Under the pieces are notes generated by a model that was given only the letters and a program-made list of their open reading frames with translations, was not told where the DNA came from and made no database searches. The translations under genes were made by a program, and so were the position numbers. From Actinophytocola sp. (lineage in GTDB: Bacteria; Actinomycetota; Actinomycetes; Mycobacteriales; Pseudonocardiaceae), in NCBI GenBank assembly GCA_036259595.1, contig DATABL010000222.1, positions 1,862 to 65,861 of the forward strand: 64,000 bases of DNA, given 5' to 3'. Positions 37,801-47,233 of the stretch are shown piece by piece. Position 1 is the first letter of the stretch; the number at the start of each line of letters is the position of its first letter.

Positions 37801-40105
37801 TGGAGTACACCGGCAGCGCGGGCTCGCGGACCGTCAGGTCGTGCGCGGCCTCGGCCAGCTCGCCGACCAGCGGGTCCATGTGGTGGCTGTGGAACGCGAC
37901 GTCGGAGTTGACCCGCTGGACGTGCAGTTCGGGGTCGGCGCTCCACTGCTTGACCACCACGTCGAGCACCGCGGTGTCGCCGGCGATCACGGTCGAGCTC
38001 GGCGCGGCGGAGATCGCGGCGACCACCCCGTCGTGGCCGGTCAGGCGCTGTTTCGCCTCCTCGAACGGCAGGTTGACCATGGCCATGCCGCCGTTGCCGG
38101 CGACCCGCCGCAGCAGGGCGGAGCGGCGGCAGATGAGCCTGGCGCCGTCGGCGAGGTCGAGGATCCCGGCGACGACCGCGGCGGCGATCTCGCCGACCGA
38201 GTGCCCGATCACCGCGGCCGGGCGGATGCCGTGCTCGTACCAGACCTCGGCCAGCGCCACCTGCATCGCGAAGATCATCATCTGGATGACGTCGGTGTGC
38301 AGCAGGTCGCCCTCGAGCAGCGCGCGGCGCGGCGAGATCCCGGCCTCGTCGAGGAAGACCGGCTCCAGCTCGTCGAGCACCCGGCCGAACGCGGGCTCGG
38401 TCGCCAGCAGCTCGCGGCCCATGCCGATCCACTGCGAGCCGTGCCCGGAGAACACCCACACCGCGCCCTTGGCGGCACCGTCGAGCGGCTGCCCGGCGGT
38501 GATCCCGTCGCCCGGCTCGTCCACCCCCACCTGCCGCAGGCGCGCGATCAGCTCCTCCTGACCGGTCGCGGTGATCGCGGTGCGGTGCGCCAGGTGGCTG
38601 CGGCGGCGGGTCAGCGTGTAGGCCACGTCGGCGAGTTCCGCGTCCGCGGCACGCAGCCCGTCGCCGGCCAGCCACTGGGCCAGCCGGACGGCGTACTCCC
38701 GCACCGCCTCCGGGGAGTTGCCGGACAGCGGGTAGACGCGCTGCGCGGTGCCCTTGTCCAGCGCGGTGACCGGCTGGTCCAGCCGGGGCGCCTGCTCCAG
38801 CACGAGGTGCGCGATCGTGCCGCCGTAGCCGTAGCCGGACACCCCGGCCCGGCGCGGCCCGGCGGTGCTCGGCCACGGGGTGACCTCGGTGACCACCCGC
38901 AGGCCGCTCTCGGCCCACGGGATGTCCGGGTTCGGGGTGTCGAAGTTGAGGCTCGGCGGGATGGCGGCGTGCTCGATCGCGAGCACCGCCTTGATCACCC
39001 CGGCGATCCCGGACGCGGCCTCCAGGTGTCCGATGTTGGTCTTGACCGAGCCGACCAGGCACGGCCGGTCCACCGGGCGGCCGGCGCCGTAGACCGACGC
39101 GAGCGCGCCCGCCTCGATGGGGTCGCCGGCCCGGGTGCCGGTGCCGTGCGCCTCCACGTAGTCCACCGACTCGGGCGCCACGCCGGCCTGCGTACAGGCC
39201 TGGCGCAGCATCTCGGTCTGCGCCTCGCCGCTGGGCGCCATGATCCCGTTGGTCCGGCCGTCCTGGTTGACCGCGCTGCCCCGGATCACCGCGAGCACCC
39301 GGTCGCCGTCACGGCGCGCGTCGGACAGCCGCTTGAGCACGACGACGCCGCAGCCCTCGCCGCGGCCGTACCCGTCGGCGGAGGCGTCGAACGACTTGGA
39401 CCGGCCGTCGGGCGCGAGCGCGCCCGCGGTGTCCATCACCATCGTGAGGCCGGGGGCGACCATCAGCATGATCCCGCCGGCGATCGCGACCGGGGTCTCG
39501 CCCTGGCGCAGACTCTGACAGGCCAGGTGCAGCGCCACCAGCGACGACGAGCACGCGGTGTCCACGACCATGCTGGGGCCGTGCAGGTCCAGCACGTAGG
39601 AGACCCGGTTGGCGACCGCGCACATGGACGAGCCGATCCCCGTCCACGCCTCGATCCGCGGCAGGTCCTCCAACAGCTTGCGGCCGTGGTCGTCGGTGTT
39701 GACGCCGACGAACACACCGGCGTTCGTGCCCGCGAGGTCCCCCGGCACGATCCCGGCGTGCTCCAGCGCCTCCCAGGTCACCTCCAGGGTCATCCGCTGC
39801 TGCGGGTCCATCAGCGTCGCCTCGCGCGGGGACACCCCGAAGAACGCGGCGTCGAAGGAGTCCACATCGGACACGAAGCCGCCGCGCCGGGACACCTTCC
39901 GCACCGCGGCGGCGTTCTCCGGCGCAGCCTCGTAGTGCTCCCAACGGTTCGGCGGCACCTCGCCGATCGCGTCGAAGCCGTCGACGAGCGCGTTCCAGAA
40001 CGCCTCGGGTGAGTCGATGTCGCCGGGTAGCCGGCAACCCATGCCCACGATCGCCACGGGTTCGGGCGCGTCGGGCTGCCGGTCGGATTCGCTTGAGGTC
40101 ACCAT
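34829..40105 (-). CDS. Iterative type I PKS KS-AT-TH(DH)-KR-ACP (6-methylsalicylic acid synthase-like; ChlB1/MdpB/PokM1 type)
   Basis: [20 protein letters not shown] (KS); GHSVG and VAFHS (malonyl AT); [14 protein letters not shown] (TH); TGGLGVLG and YAAGN (KR); GLDSV (ACP); no TE. Confidence 0.93.
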   Translation of the reverse strand: MVTSSESDRQPDAPEPVAIVGMGCRLPGDIDSPEAFWNALVDGFDAIGEVPPNRWEHYEAAPENAAAVRKVSRRGGFVSDVDSFDAAFFGVSPREATLMDPQQRMTLEVTWEALEHAGIVPGDLAGTNAGVFVGVNTDDHGRKLLEDLPRIEAWTGIGSSMCAVANRVSYVLDLHGPSMVVDTACSSSLVALHLACQSLRQGETPVAIAGGIMLMVAPGLTMVMDTAGALAPDGRSKSFDASADGYGRGEGCGVVVLKRLSDARRDGDRVLAVIRGSAVNQDGRTNGIMAPSGEAQTEMLRQACTQAGVAPESVDYVEAHGTGTRAGDPIEAGALASVYGAGRPVDRPCLVGSVKTNIGHLEAASGIAGVIKAVLAIEHAAIPPSLNFDTPNPDIPWAESGLRVVTEVTPWPSTAGPRRAGVSGYGYGGTIAHLVLEQAPRLDQPVTALDKGTAQRVYPLSGNSPEAVREYAVRLAQWLAGDGLRAADAELADVAYTLTRRRSHLAHRTAITATGQEELIARLRQVGVDEPGDGITAGQPLDGAAKGAVWVFSGHGSQWIGMGRELLATEPAFGRVLDELEPVFLDEAGISPRRALLEGDLLHTDVIQMMIFAMQVALAEVWYEHGIRPAAVIGHSVGEIAAAVVAGILDLADGARLICRRSALLRRVAGNGGMAMVNLPFEEAKQRLTGHDGVVAAISAAPSSTVIAGDTAVLDVVVKQWSADPELHVQRVNSDVAFHSHHMDPLVGELAEAAHDLTVREPALPVYSTSLADPRGEAPRDGAYWAGNLRNPVRFADAVSAALADGYRAFVEVSPHPVVSYSINEVLAAEGVDDAVVAHTLRRNRPERTTLVDNLGTLHCTGVPVDWSAAFPGGRLAPLPGIAWQHREYRVEVRAPGVQTRLHDEDSHTLLGSPLTVNGTSTVRLWQTRLDHGSRPYPGDHPVQGTEIIPAAVLLNTFFAAAGGHVLTDVSLRVPVSVAAARELQVVHMDGTLRLASRLPGEAAEQDSGWQTHTTAVVPAVADLGGEATLALEELRNRCTERLDPDYVVDRLASIGVAAMGFPWRINRIRRGPGELFVRVVADPAGTLPRTWASILDAALSAASVVFDGPATLRMPAHIRQVVVGGRPPEEAVLSVRVRPGSTDTVDVRVAAPDGTVVASLTGLRYGVLDGDIGAPASPRRLVHKVVWRALELPKRTRDLDGVVFVGDTEFAAELGTSFAEAGVPWRAVTDPSELDGAEVTGATAVVVLPERAEDAWDQSLAATWLLTRTVQLLSTWDSQPAVWCVTRGVREATELAGVGDAALWGVGRVLGGEHPGLWGGIVDLDAADPLGSVGMLRQVLAARPADDVITVRRTAIEVARLAQVEGGADRDTVSCRPDGTYLVTGGLGVLGLEVAQWLAGRGARRIVLAGRRGLPPRSSWNTVTDPGLTAQIEAVRALEAAGVTVRVLALDIGDRAQAARLLSANELGLPPIRGVVHAAGVLDNRMAVDVDEDSLATVMRPKVAGALVLHELFPPGSVDFLALFSSAGLLLGLPGQTSYAAGNAVLDGLATHRRAGGRTDTISLGWTSWRGLGMSTSSAAIDAELSARGTADITAAEAFRSWEYAARHDVAHVAVLRTIPLLPGMTRPALLGELTAEEPAAAPAGTAAPWAELRGDDLREYLVGEVAGEVAGEIKLAADELDVRRPLIEMGLDSVMTQIIRNRLERTFRVSLPATLLWNRPTVQAIGDFLAELLTPDRATEPGDDEPDTPLPPAVAA

Positions 40106-40202
40106 GGTTGCTCTCGTCCTCCTCACCACACCGGGGCCAGTCTGTGGCGGCGGGTGTCCCGAGAGCATCGGTCGGTGATCACGGACGCGCTGGGACAGTG
40201 GC

Positions 40203-40257
40203 CCGATTCGGCCCCGATTCACCTTCGAGCGGTCCGCGAGACGACCGGAACTATCGT
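40203..40257 (+). promoter_or_regulatory. SARP-type repeats plus candidate -10 in the divergent iPKS/NTF2 promoter region
   Basis: CCGAT 40203, CCGAT 40214, TCGAG 40225, GCGAG 40236 (11-bp period); TATCGT at 40252, 6 nt before ATG 40264. Confidence 0.6.
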
Positions 40258-40263
40258 CGGGAC

Positions 40264-40647
40264 ATGACTGTTTCCGCCACCATCGAGCAGTTCGCCGCCG
40301 CCGAGCGCGGCGCCGACGCCGAGGCGCTCGACACCCTGCTGACCGCCGACTTCCAGGGCGTGGGCCCGCTCGGATTCGTGCTCACCAAGGACCAGTGGAT
40401 CGACCGCTACCGCTCGGGCGCGCTGGTGCCGGAGGCGTTCGAGCTGCGGGACGTCCAGGTGCGCGAGTACGGCGACACGGCGGTCGTGCTGGCCGTGCAG
40501 CAGCAGGAGGGCAGCTACCACGGTCACCCGGCGACCGGGGAGTTCCGCGCCACGCTCGTGCTGTCCCGGCAGGGCGGGAGCTGGCTGGTCGCGCACTGCC
40601 ACCTGTCCGGCCCGCTCGGCCCGCCGCCGGGCCGGCCCCCTCAGTAA
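40264..40647 (+). CDS. NTF2-like (DUF4440) protein
   Basis: AERGADAEALDTLLTADF..VGPLGFVLTKDQW, VREYGDTAVV, FRATLV, W.VAHCHLS. Confidence 0.8.
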   Translation: MTVSATIEQFAAAERGADAEALDTLLTADFQGVGPLGFVLTKDQWIDRYRSGALVPEAFELRDVQVREYGDTAVVLAVQQQEGSYHGHPATGEFRATLVLSRQGGSWLVAHCHLSGPLGPPPGRPPQ

Positions 40648-41276
40648 GCGATCTCCACCGTGGACCGGAAGGTCGACGCGTCGCCGACGTGCGCGAGCAG
40701 GTAGTGCGCCACGTCGGCGCGGGAGATCGACCAGCAGCCGCGCAGCTTCTCGCCCAGGGCGGTGCGGTACTTCCCGGTCACCGGACCGCCGGTGAGCCGG
40801 GCGGCGCGCACCAGGGTCCAGTCGACGTCGCTGGCCCGGACCCGCCGCTCCATCAGTGCCATGTCCGCGTACGGCTTGGCCAGGATCTTGTGCAGCAGGA
40901 ACCGCGCGAGGAACCACTCCGCGAACCGCCTGGGGGACGGGACCTCCAGCGACGACGTGGACACCACGAGCAGCCGTCCGGTGCCCTCGGCCCGCATCGC
41001 GTCGACGATGTTCCCGGTGCCCTGCGAGTACACCGTCGTGGCGTGCCGGCGCATCCCGATGCCCAGCGCGGAGATCACCGCCTCCGACCCCGTGACCACC
41101 CGGGCGACCGCGTCCGGGTCGAGCACGTCCCCGGCCACCACGGTGATCCGGTCGCCGAACTCCGCCAGCGCCGCGGGGTCCCTGGCCAGCGCGGTCACCT
41201 TGTCACCGGCCGCCAAGGCCTGCGCGATCACCGCGCGCCCGGTTCCCCCGGTCGCGCCGAACACCGCCAGCCGCAT
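40641..41276 (-). CDS. NAD(P)H-binding reductase (BVR-B/flavin reductase-like)
   Basis: FGATGGTG, ALARDP, GDVLD, DWTLVR, ISRADVA. Confidence 0.88.
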   Translation of the reverse strand: MRLAVFGATGGTGRAVIAQALAAGDKVTALARDPAALAEFGDRITVVAGDVLDPDAVARVVTGSEAVISALGIGMRRHATTVYSQGTGNIVDAMRAEGTGRLLVVSTSSLEVPSPRRFAEWFLARFLLHKILAKPYADMALMERRVRASDVDWTLVRAARLTGGPVTGKYRTALGEKLRGCWSISRADVAHYLLAHVGDASTFRSTVEIAY

Positions 41277-41296
41277 GGCTCCTCCTCGCTTCTCAT

Positions 41297-41349
41297 GCCC
41301 TGAAGGTCACCTTCGAGGCGCTGGGCGTCTCGAAGGTGACCTCCGGGGC
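41297..41349. repeat. REP-like palindromic element, copy 2
   Basis: gccctgaaggtcaccttcgaggcg / cgtctcgaaggtgacctccggggc; same core as 8888-8930. Confidence 0.7.
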
Positions 41350-41353
41350 TTTC

Positions 41354-42787
41354 TCAGGCGGCCTGCTGACCCGCGGTGGCCGCCTGGACGGCGGCGACCA
41401 GCTCCGCGCGGCTCGCGCCGGGGAGCTGCGGCGGGGGGCCGCCGGCCAGGGCCCGGCCGACCCGCTGCTTGATCTCGTCGTTGGCGTACAGCTCCGCCGG
41501 GGACACCAGCGACATCATCACCTGGGCGACCCGGCGCCAGACCTCGGCGTCCTTGGTGGACGCCCCGACGACCGCGCCGAAGGTCAGCACGCCCGGTGGG
41601 GGCGCCTGCGGCCGCTCGCCGGCGACCGTGGCCGCCCACAACCCGGCCCGGCCGCGGTCGTTGGCGATCGACTCGCCGAGCCACGGCGCGAGCAGCGCCT
41701 TGCTGGCCCCGGCGAACCGCGCCGCCTGCGCGCGGTCCACGGTCGGGTGCGCGGCGAGCAGGTCGACCAGCTCGAACACGTGCGCCAGCGCCAGCGACAC
41801 GCCCCGCCCGTAGGCCGGGTTGGTCGTGCACACCGAGTCGCCGAGGCCGTAGAAGCCGACCGGCAGGTCACCGGCCGGGTCCGCCAGCCGCGAGCTGTTG
41901 TCCAGCCCGCCCATCGCGTACACCGGCGAGATCGGCTCGGAGTTGCCCGGCGCGACCCAGCCCGCGAGCAGCGGGGTGGCCCGGATCGCCGCGGTGAACG
42001 CCTCCTCGGTACGCAGCGCCTTCAGCTCCTTGTCGTCCGGCAGCACGCCGAGCGAGATGGAGAAGGTGTCGCCGTCGCCGAGGAACAGCACCGCGGTGTA
42101 GCTGTCCCACAGCCCGCCCGCGCCGAACCCGCGGTTGAGCGGGCCGGGCGGCGCCGGGGTGAGCCGGCGGTAGTAGCGGGTGTAGTAGGTGATCCGGCAG
42201 CTCTCGCTGGTCTGCTCGGGCACCGGCAGGCCGGCCGCGTCGAGCCACTGCGGCGCGGCGGTCTTCCGGCCGCTCGTGTCCAGCACCAGGTCGGCGGTCA
42301 GCTCGGTGCCGTCCGCCAGCCGCACCCCGCGGACCGGTCCGTCGTCGGCGAGCAGGCCGCGGACCGTGGCGCCGGTGCGGACCGACACCCCGGGGCGGGA
42401 CAGCGCCCGCTCCCGCAGCACCCACTCGAACACCGAGCGGCGGGCGGTGATCATGTTGAGCTCGTCGTCCTCGGGCCTGCGCTCGAAGTCGCCGAGCATC
42501 GGCGGCGGGTGGTCGGCCAGGTTCACCGTGCCCGCACCGGCCGCGAGCAACGCCTCGTAGACGTCGGGCAGCCGGTCGCGCAGCAGGTTGGTGCCCCGCG
42601 AGCCGAAGGCGTGCGAGTGCGCGGCCTGCGGCACGGTCGGCCGTGCCCAGCCGTCCGCCGCTTCGTCCAGTGTGGACGGTGGTTCGGCGGACTCCCGCTC
42701 CACCAGCAGCACCTGGTGGCCCGCGTCGGCCAGCGCGGCCGCGGCGGCCAGGCCGGTGACGCTCGCTCCGACAGCGATGATCCTCAT
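41354..42787 (-). CDS. FAD-dependent oxidoreductase (monooxygenase/epoxidase-like)
   Basis: IIAVGASVTGL dinucleotide motif, VPQAAHSH, ADLVLDTSGR, GDSVCTTNPAYGRG. Confidence 0.85.
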   Translation of the reverse strand: MRIIAVGASVTGLAAAAALADAGHQVLLVERESAEPPSTLDEAADGWARPTVPQAAHSHAFGSRGTNLLRDRLPDVYEALLAAGAGTVNLADHPPPMLGDFERRPEDDELNMITARRSVFEWVLRERALSRPGVSVRTGATVRGLLADDGPVRGVRLADGTELTADLVLDTSGRKTAAPQWLDAAGLPVPEQTSESCRITYYTRYYRRLTPAPPGPLNRGFGAGGLWDSYTAVLFLGDGDTFSISLGVLPDDKELKALRTEEAFTAAIRATPLLAGWVAPGNSEPISPVYAMGGLDNSSRLADPAGDLPVGFYGLGDSVCTTNPAYGRGVSLALAHVFELVDLLAAHPTVDRAQAARFAGASKALLAPWLGESIANDRGRAGLWAATVAGERPQAPPPGVLTFGAVVGASTKDAEVWRRVAQVMMSLVSPAELYANDEIKQRVGRALAGGPPPQLPGASRAELVAAVQAATAGQQAA

Positions 42788-42792
42788 GCGGC

Positions 42793-43188
42793 TCACGCGT
42801 TCCAGAACTCGTCGACGGCGTACACGTCGTTCGGGTAGGTCCAGAACTCCTTGATCTTCCCGTCGACGATCCGCGCCACGTTGATGAACGGCATCTCCAG
42901 CACGCGGCCCTTGCGCTCGTAGCGGGTGTGCAGGATGGCGAACGCGTGGTTGTCGCTGCCGCCGATCTCCAGCACGTCCATCCGCATGTTGCCGTTCGTG
43001 AGCTCCCACATCTTGTTGGCGAACGCGGTGGAGTCCTTGATGCCGATGTGCTCACCGGACAGCGGGTTGCGGCCCGGGTAGTGGTGCACCGAGTCCTCGT
43101 GCCAGTAGGTGGCGGCGGTCTCGACGTCGCCGACGCCGAACGACGCGTAGACCTTCTCCATCAGCTGGACGTTGGGGTGGTCGGACAT
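42793..43188 (-). CDS. SnoaL-like / NTF2-family protein
   Basis: YASFGVGD, HYPGRNPLSGEH.G, RIVDGKIKE.W, D.YAVDEFW. Confidence 0.82.
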   Translation of the reverse strand: MSDHPNVQLMEKVYASFGVGDVETAATYWHEDSVHHYPGRNPLSGEHIGIKDSTAFANKMWELTNGNMRMDVLEIGGSDNHAFAILHTRYERKGRVLEMPFINVARIVDGKIKEFWTYPNDVYAVDEFWNA

Positions 43189-43198
43189 GGTCAACTCC

Positions 43199-44230
43199 TC
43201 AGGATGCCTTGCTGACTACGGAACTCGGAAGGGTGGAACGAACCGCGTCGACGATCTTGTCGGCGTTGGGCGGGAACGCGTCCTCCAGCGCCGGACTGAA
43301 CGGCACCGGCGCGTGCGGGCCGGTGACCGTGCGCACCGCGGCCGACAGCGCGGCGAACCGGTTCTCCGCCACGGTGCCGGCGATGTCGGTGGCGACCGAG
43401 CAGCGCGGGTTGGACTCGTCGACCACCACGAGCCGGCTGGTCTTCTCCACGCTCGCGTAGACGGTGTCGAAGTCGAACGGCGACAGCGTGCGCGGGTCGA
43501 TGACCTCGGCCTCGACACCCTCGGCGGCCAGCCGCTCGGCGGCGGCCAGCGCCTCGTTCACCATCCGCCCGATCGCGACGATGGTGACGTCGCCGCCCTC
43601 GCGCACGACCTTCGCCTCGCCGAGCGGGATCGTGTACCGCTCCTCGGGCACCACCGCGCGGCTGCCGAAGTAGAGCAGCTTGTGCTCGAAGAAGATCACC
43701 GGGTCGTCGTCCTGGATGGACGCGGCCAGCAGGCCCTTGGCGTCCACCGGGTTGGACGGCGCGACCACCTTCAGCCCGGGGATGTGGGTGAACAGCGAGT
43801 ACAGCGCCTGGGAGTGCTGCGCGCCGCGGCGCATCCCGGTGCCCCACATGCAGCGCAGCACCATCGGCACGGCCGCCTTGCCGCCGACCATGTACCGCAG
43901 CTTCGCGGCCTGGTTGAGGATCTGGTCGAAGCAGACCCCGGCGAAGTCGACGAACAGCAGGTCGGCCACCGGGCGCAGACCGGTCGCGGCGGCACCGACC
44001 GCGGCGCCGACGAACGCGGACTCGGTGATCGGCGCGTCGAGGATCCGGTCGGGGAACTGGTTGTGCAGTCCGCGGGTCGGCCCCCAGGCGTGGCCCATGG
44101 TGCCGTCGCAGCCGTGCCCGCCGACGTTGTCCTCGCCGAACACCACCACCGACGGATCGGCGGCCAGCTCCTGCGCGAGCGCCTCGTTCAGTGCCTCCAG
44201 GTAGGACAGCACTCGTTGCGGCTGAGTCAT
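43199..44230 (-). CDS. TPP-dependent dehydrogenase E1 beta subunit (acetoin dehydrogenase AcoB-like)
   Basis: FGED, DAPITESAFVG, DQILNQAAK.RYM, AQHSQ, DDPVIFFEHK, IDPRTLSP. Confidence 0.9.
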   Translation of the reverse strand: MTQPQRVLSYLEALNEALAQELAADPSVVVFGEDNVGGHGCDGTMGHAWGPTRGLHNQFPDRILDAPITESAFVGAAVGAAATGLRPVADLLFVDFAGVCFDQILNQAAKLRYMVGGKAAVPMVLRCMWGTGMRRGAQHSQALYSLFTHIPGLKVVAPSNPVDAKGLLAASIQDDDPVIFFEHKLLYFGSRAVVPEERYTIPLGEAKVVREGGDVTIVAIGRMVNEALAAAERLAAEGVEAEVIDPRTLSPFDFDTVYASVEKTSRLVVVDESNPRCSVATDIAGTVAENRFAALSAAVRTVTGPHAPVPFSPALEDAFPPNADKIVDAVRSTLPSSVVSKAS

Positions 44231-44253
44231 CTTCCTCTTCTCCCTCGGTGCTG

Positions 44254-45228
44254 TCAGTACGAGACGTAGACGTCGGTGAGCAGCTCGGCCGCCTCCGGGG
44301 CGGGCGCGGCCTTCGCCTCGGCCACCGCGACCTCGACGGCCGCCTCGACCGTGACGTCGACCCCGTTCGTGTCCTCGGTGGACAGTCCGGCGGCCGCGGT
44401 GAACCGGACCAGGCAGTCCTCGGCGCGCAGCCGGTCGACCTCGCCGGCGCCGCGGTAGCCCTGCTGGTCGAAGCCCTCCATGTGGCCGAAGAACCGACCG
44501 GCCTTGCACTCGATGAGCGAGGGGCCGCCGCCGGTGCGGGCGCGCTCCACCGCGGCGTCCGCGGCCGCGCGCACCGCGAGGTAGTCGGTTCCGTCCACGA
44601 TGGACGCCGGCATGCCGAACGCCTCGGCGCGGCGGGCCACGTCCAGCCCGCGCAGGTGGTAGCGGGTGCCGGTGGCCTGCGCGTACCCGTTGTCCTCCAC
44701 CACGAACACGACCGGGAGCTGCCAGACCGTGGCCAGGTTCAGGCTCTCGGCGAAGGAGCCCTGGTTGGCCGCGCCGTCGCCCACGAAGGCGACCGAGACG
44801 TGCCGCTTGCCCAGGATCTTCGCGGTCAGCGCCGACCCGCACGCCAGCGGCGCGCCGCCGGCCGCGACCCCGTTGGCACCGAGCATCCCGCGCTCGAAGT
44901 CGGCGATGTGCATGGAGCCGCCCTTGCCGTTGCAGGAGCCGCCGGCCTTGCCGTACAGCTCGCGCATCATGGCGCCGATGTCGCAGCCCTTCGCGATCGC
45001 GTGCCCGTGCCCGCGGTGGGTGCTGGCGATGTAGTCGCCCTCGACGAGCGCGCCGCACACGCCGGCGGCGACCGCCTCCTGGCCGGCGTAGAGGTGCACC
45101 GCGCCCGGCAGCTCGCCGGAGCCGAACTCGGCGTGGACCCGCTCCTCGAACGCCCGAATGGTCCGCATCACCCGGTACGCCTCGATCAGTTCCTCGCGCC
45201 CGAGCGTGCCGGCGGATTCTGTGGCCAT
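44254..45228 (-). CDS. TPP-dependent dehydrogenase E1 alpha subunit (acetoin dehydrogenase AcoA-like)
   Basis: HLYAGQEA, STHRGHGH, GKGGSMH, GDGAANQG...EDNGYA TPP motif. Confidence 0.9.
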   Translation of the reverse strand: MATESAGTLGREELIEAYRVMRTIRAFEERVHAEFGSGELPGAVHLYAGQEAVAAGVCGALVEGDYIASTHRGHGHAIAKGCDIGAMMRELYGKAGGSCNGKGGSMHIADFERGMLGANGVAAGGAPLACGSALTAKILGKRHVSVAFVGDGAANQGSFAESLNLATVWQLPVVFVVEDNGYAQATGTRYHLRGLDVARRAEAFGMPASIVDGTDYLAVRAAADAAVERARTGGGPSLIECKAGRFFGHMEGFDQQGYRGAGEVDRLRAEDCLVRFTAAAGLSTEDTNGVDVTVEAAVEVAVAEAKAAPAPEAAELLTDVYVSY

Positions 45229-45262
45229 GAGACGGTTCCTTTCCACATGATTGCCTGCGGTG

Positions 45263-45294
45263 AAGCTAGGGCGATTTGCGCAATTGCCCCTCGA
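45263..45294 (-). promoter_or_regulatory. SARP-type repeats plus -10 for the E1 alpha/beta operon
   Basis: Minus strand: TCGAGGG (45294), TTGCGCA (45283), 8 nt, TAGCTT (45268). Confidence 0.5.
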
Positions 45295-45351
45295 AGGCTG
45301 AGCAACGCGGCCCCGTACGCTGGGCCTACGCGGCAGGCATGAGGAGGCGAA

Positions 45352-46506
45352 ATGCAGGACTCGCGGATCGAGACCCAGGCCGTGCACGCCGGCGAGCGGT
45401 CGCCGGGCCCGGAGAACTCGGTGGTGTTCCCGATCTACCAGGGCACCGTGTTCCGTTCCGAGCCGGGCGAGAGCTACCACGACATCCAGTACCTGCGGCT
45501 GAACTCGACCCCGTCGCAGGCGTACCTGCACGACAAGCTCGCCGCGCTGGAGGGTGCGGAGTCCGCGGTCGCGACGGCGTCCGGCATGGCCGCGGTGACC
45601 ACGATCCTGCACTCGCTGCTCGGCGCCGGCGACCACCTGCTGGTCGGCGACGTGCTGTACGGCGGCACGCACGGCTTCCTCACCGCGCACGCCGAGCGGC
45701 TGGGCTGGAGCTACACGTTCGTCGACCCGCACGACCCGTCGTCCTGGGCCGCGGCGCGCCGCCCCAACACCAAGGCGTTCCTGGTCGAGACGATCACCAA
45801 CCCCCTGATGCGGGTGGGCGCGCTGCCCGAGGTGGTGTCCTTCGCGCGGGCCGAGGGCCTGGTCAGCGTGATCGACAACACGTTCGCGAGCCCGGTCAAC
45901 TTCCGCCCCCTCGCGGCCGGTTTCGACCTGGTCTTCCACAGCGCGACGAAGTACCTCAACGGCCACTCCGACCTGGTCGCCGGCGCGGTCGCGGGCTCGA
46001 CGGCGCTGGTCGACCGGGTACGCGAGACCCTCAACATCTACGGCGGCAGCCTGGACCCGCACGCCGGGTTCCTGCTGGCCAGGGGCCTGAAGACGCTCGC
46101 GCTACGGGTCCGGGCCCAGAACGCGAACGCGGCCGCGCTGGCCGAGTTCCTCGCCACCCGGTCCGAGGTGTCGGCGGTGAACTACCCGGGCCTGAGCGAC
46201 CACCCCGACCACGCGCACGCGAAGGAACTGCTGTCCGGCTTCGGCGGCATGCTGAGCTTCCGCCTGACCGGCGGCGTCGAGGCCGCGGAGGCCTTCCTGT
46301 CCGCGCTGCGCCTCCCGGCCGTGGCCCCGTCCCTGGGCGGCGTCGAGTCCCTGGTCACCCGCCCGTCCCTGACCTCCCACGCCGGCATGACCCCCGAAGC
46401 CCGCGCCCGAGCCGGCGTCCACGACGACCTGATCCGCCTCAGCTGCGGAATCGAACACCCCGACGACCTGCTCGAGGACGTGGCCCAGGCGCTGGCGAAC
46501 CGGTAG
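45352..46506 (+). CDS. Cys/Met metabolism PLP enzyme (cystathionine gamma-synthase/lyase family)
   Basis: ASGMAA, YGGT, ETITNP, DNTFASP, HSATKYLNGHSD, SLGGVESL, IRLSCGIE. Confidence 0.92.
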   Translation: MQDSRIETQAVHAGERSPGPENSVVFPIYQGTVFRSEPGESYHDIQYLRLNSTPSQAYLHDKLAALEGAESAVATASGMAAVTTILHSLLGAGDHLLVGDVLYGGTHGFLTAHAERLGWSYTFVDPHDPSSWAAARRPNTKAFLVETITNPLMRVGALPEVVSFARAEGLVSVIDNTFASPVNFRPLAAGFDLVFHSATKYLNGHSDLVAGAVAGSTALVDRVRETLNIYGGSLDPHAGFLLARGLKTLALRVRAQNANAAALAEFLATRSEVSAVNYPGLSDHPDHAHAKELLSGFGGMLSFRLTGGVEAAEAFLSALRLPAVAPSLGGVESLVTRPSLTSHAGMTPEARARAGVHDDLIRLSCGIEHPDDLLEDVAQALANR

Positions 46507-46528
46507 GGCGGCGCCGCGCCCCACCTGC

Positions 46529-47233
46529 TCACCGGGGCGGCGAGACACGCAGCCACAACGCGTTGCGCAGCACCTGCCAACTCGCCCCGCCGAGGCGCAC
46601 CTTGGTCCGTCCGTGCATGCGGCGGGCGAAGACGATGTCGTGGGTGCCGATGGTGAAGCCGGCCGCGCGGGCCCGCACCAGCAGCTCCAGGTCGAACGCC
46701 CACCCGTCGGGATGCAGGCGGACCCGGTCGAGCACCGCCCGGTGGACGACCTTGAGACCCGACTGGACGTCGACGCCGAGCCCGTGCATCGTCTGCAGCA
46801 CCTGGTAGGAGACCCTGCTCAAGAGGCGTCGCACGGGGTCGCCGTCGCGCATGGTCCGGTTGGCCACCACGAGGTCGGCCCACCCGGTGTCGACCATGGC
46901 GACCATGGCTGGAATGGCCTCCGGTGGGTACTGCAGGTCGGCGTCGATCATGCAGACGATCCTCCCGCCGCTGGCGGCGATGCCGTCCGCGACGGCCAAA
47001 CCCTTGCCCGGCGGACCGGTCCGGGTGATCACCACCACCGGGTGCGCACGTCCCAGCGCGACCGCCACCACGGGCGTGCCGTCGGTGGAGCCGTCGTCGA
47101 CGACCACCAGCTCGTAGTCCCATCGCCCGGCGACGGCCAGCCGGATCCGCTCGACGAGGACCGGCAGGTTCTCCGCCTCGTCCCGAGCCGGCACGATGAC
47201 CGACAGCGTGGGCTGCACGGGCCGGGGGCTCAC
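46529..47233 (-). CDS. GT2 glycosyltransferase (polyprenol-phosphate mannose synthase/Ppm1-like)
   Basis: LSVIVPARDE, VVDDGSTDGT, GKG.A, IDADLQYPP, DVQSGLK, FDLELL; GTGA overlap. Confidence 0.85.
   Translation of the reverse strand: MSPRPVQPTLSVIVPARDEAENLPVLVERIRLAVAGRWDYELVVVDDGSTDGTPVVAVALGRAHPVVVITRTGPPGKGLAVADGIAASGGRIVCMIDADLQYPPEAIPAMVAMVDTGWADLVVANRTMRDGDPVRRLLSRVSYQVLQTMHGLGVDVQSGLKVVHRAVLDRVRLHPDGWAFDLELLVRARAAGFTIGTHDIVFARRMHGRTKVRLGGASWQVLRNALWLRVSPPR

Noticed and set aside
35267-40012. 1581-aa plus-strand ORF
   Set aside because: Antisense shadow of the iterative PKS; no motifs, and long stop-free antisense frames are expected at this GC content
45352-46506. Cys/Met PLP enzyme as a sulfur-inserting cluster gene
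   Set aside because: No sulfur-carrier or related genes, and it lies at the inferred boundary; membership cannot be supported from sequence
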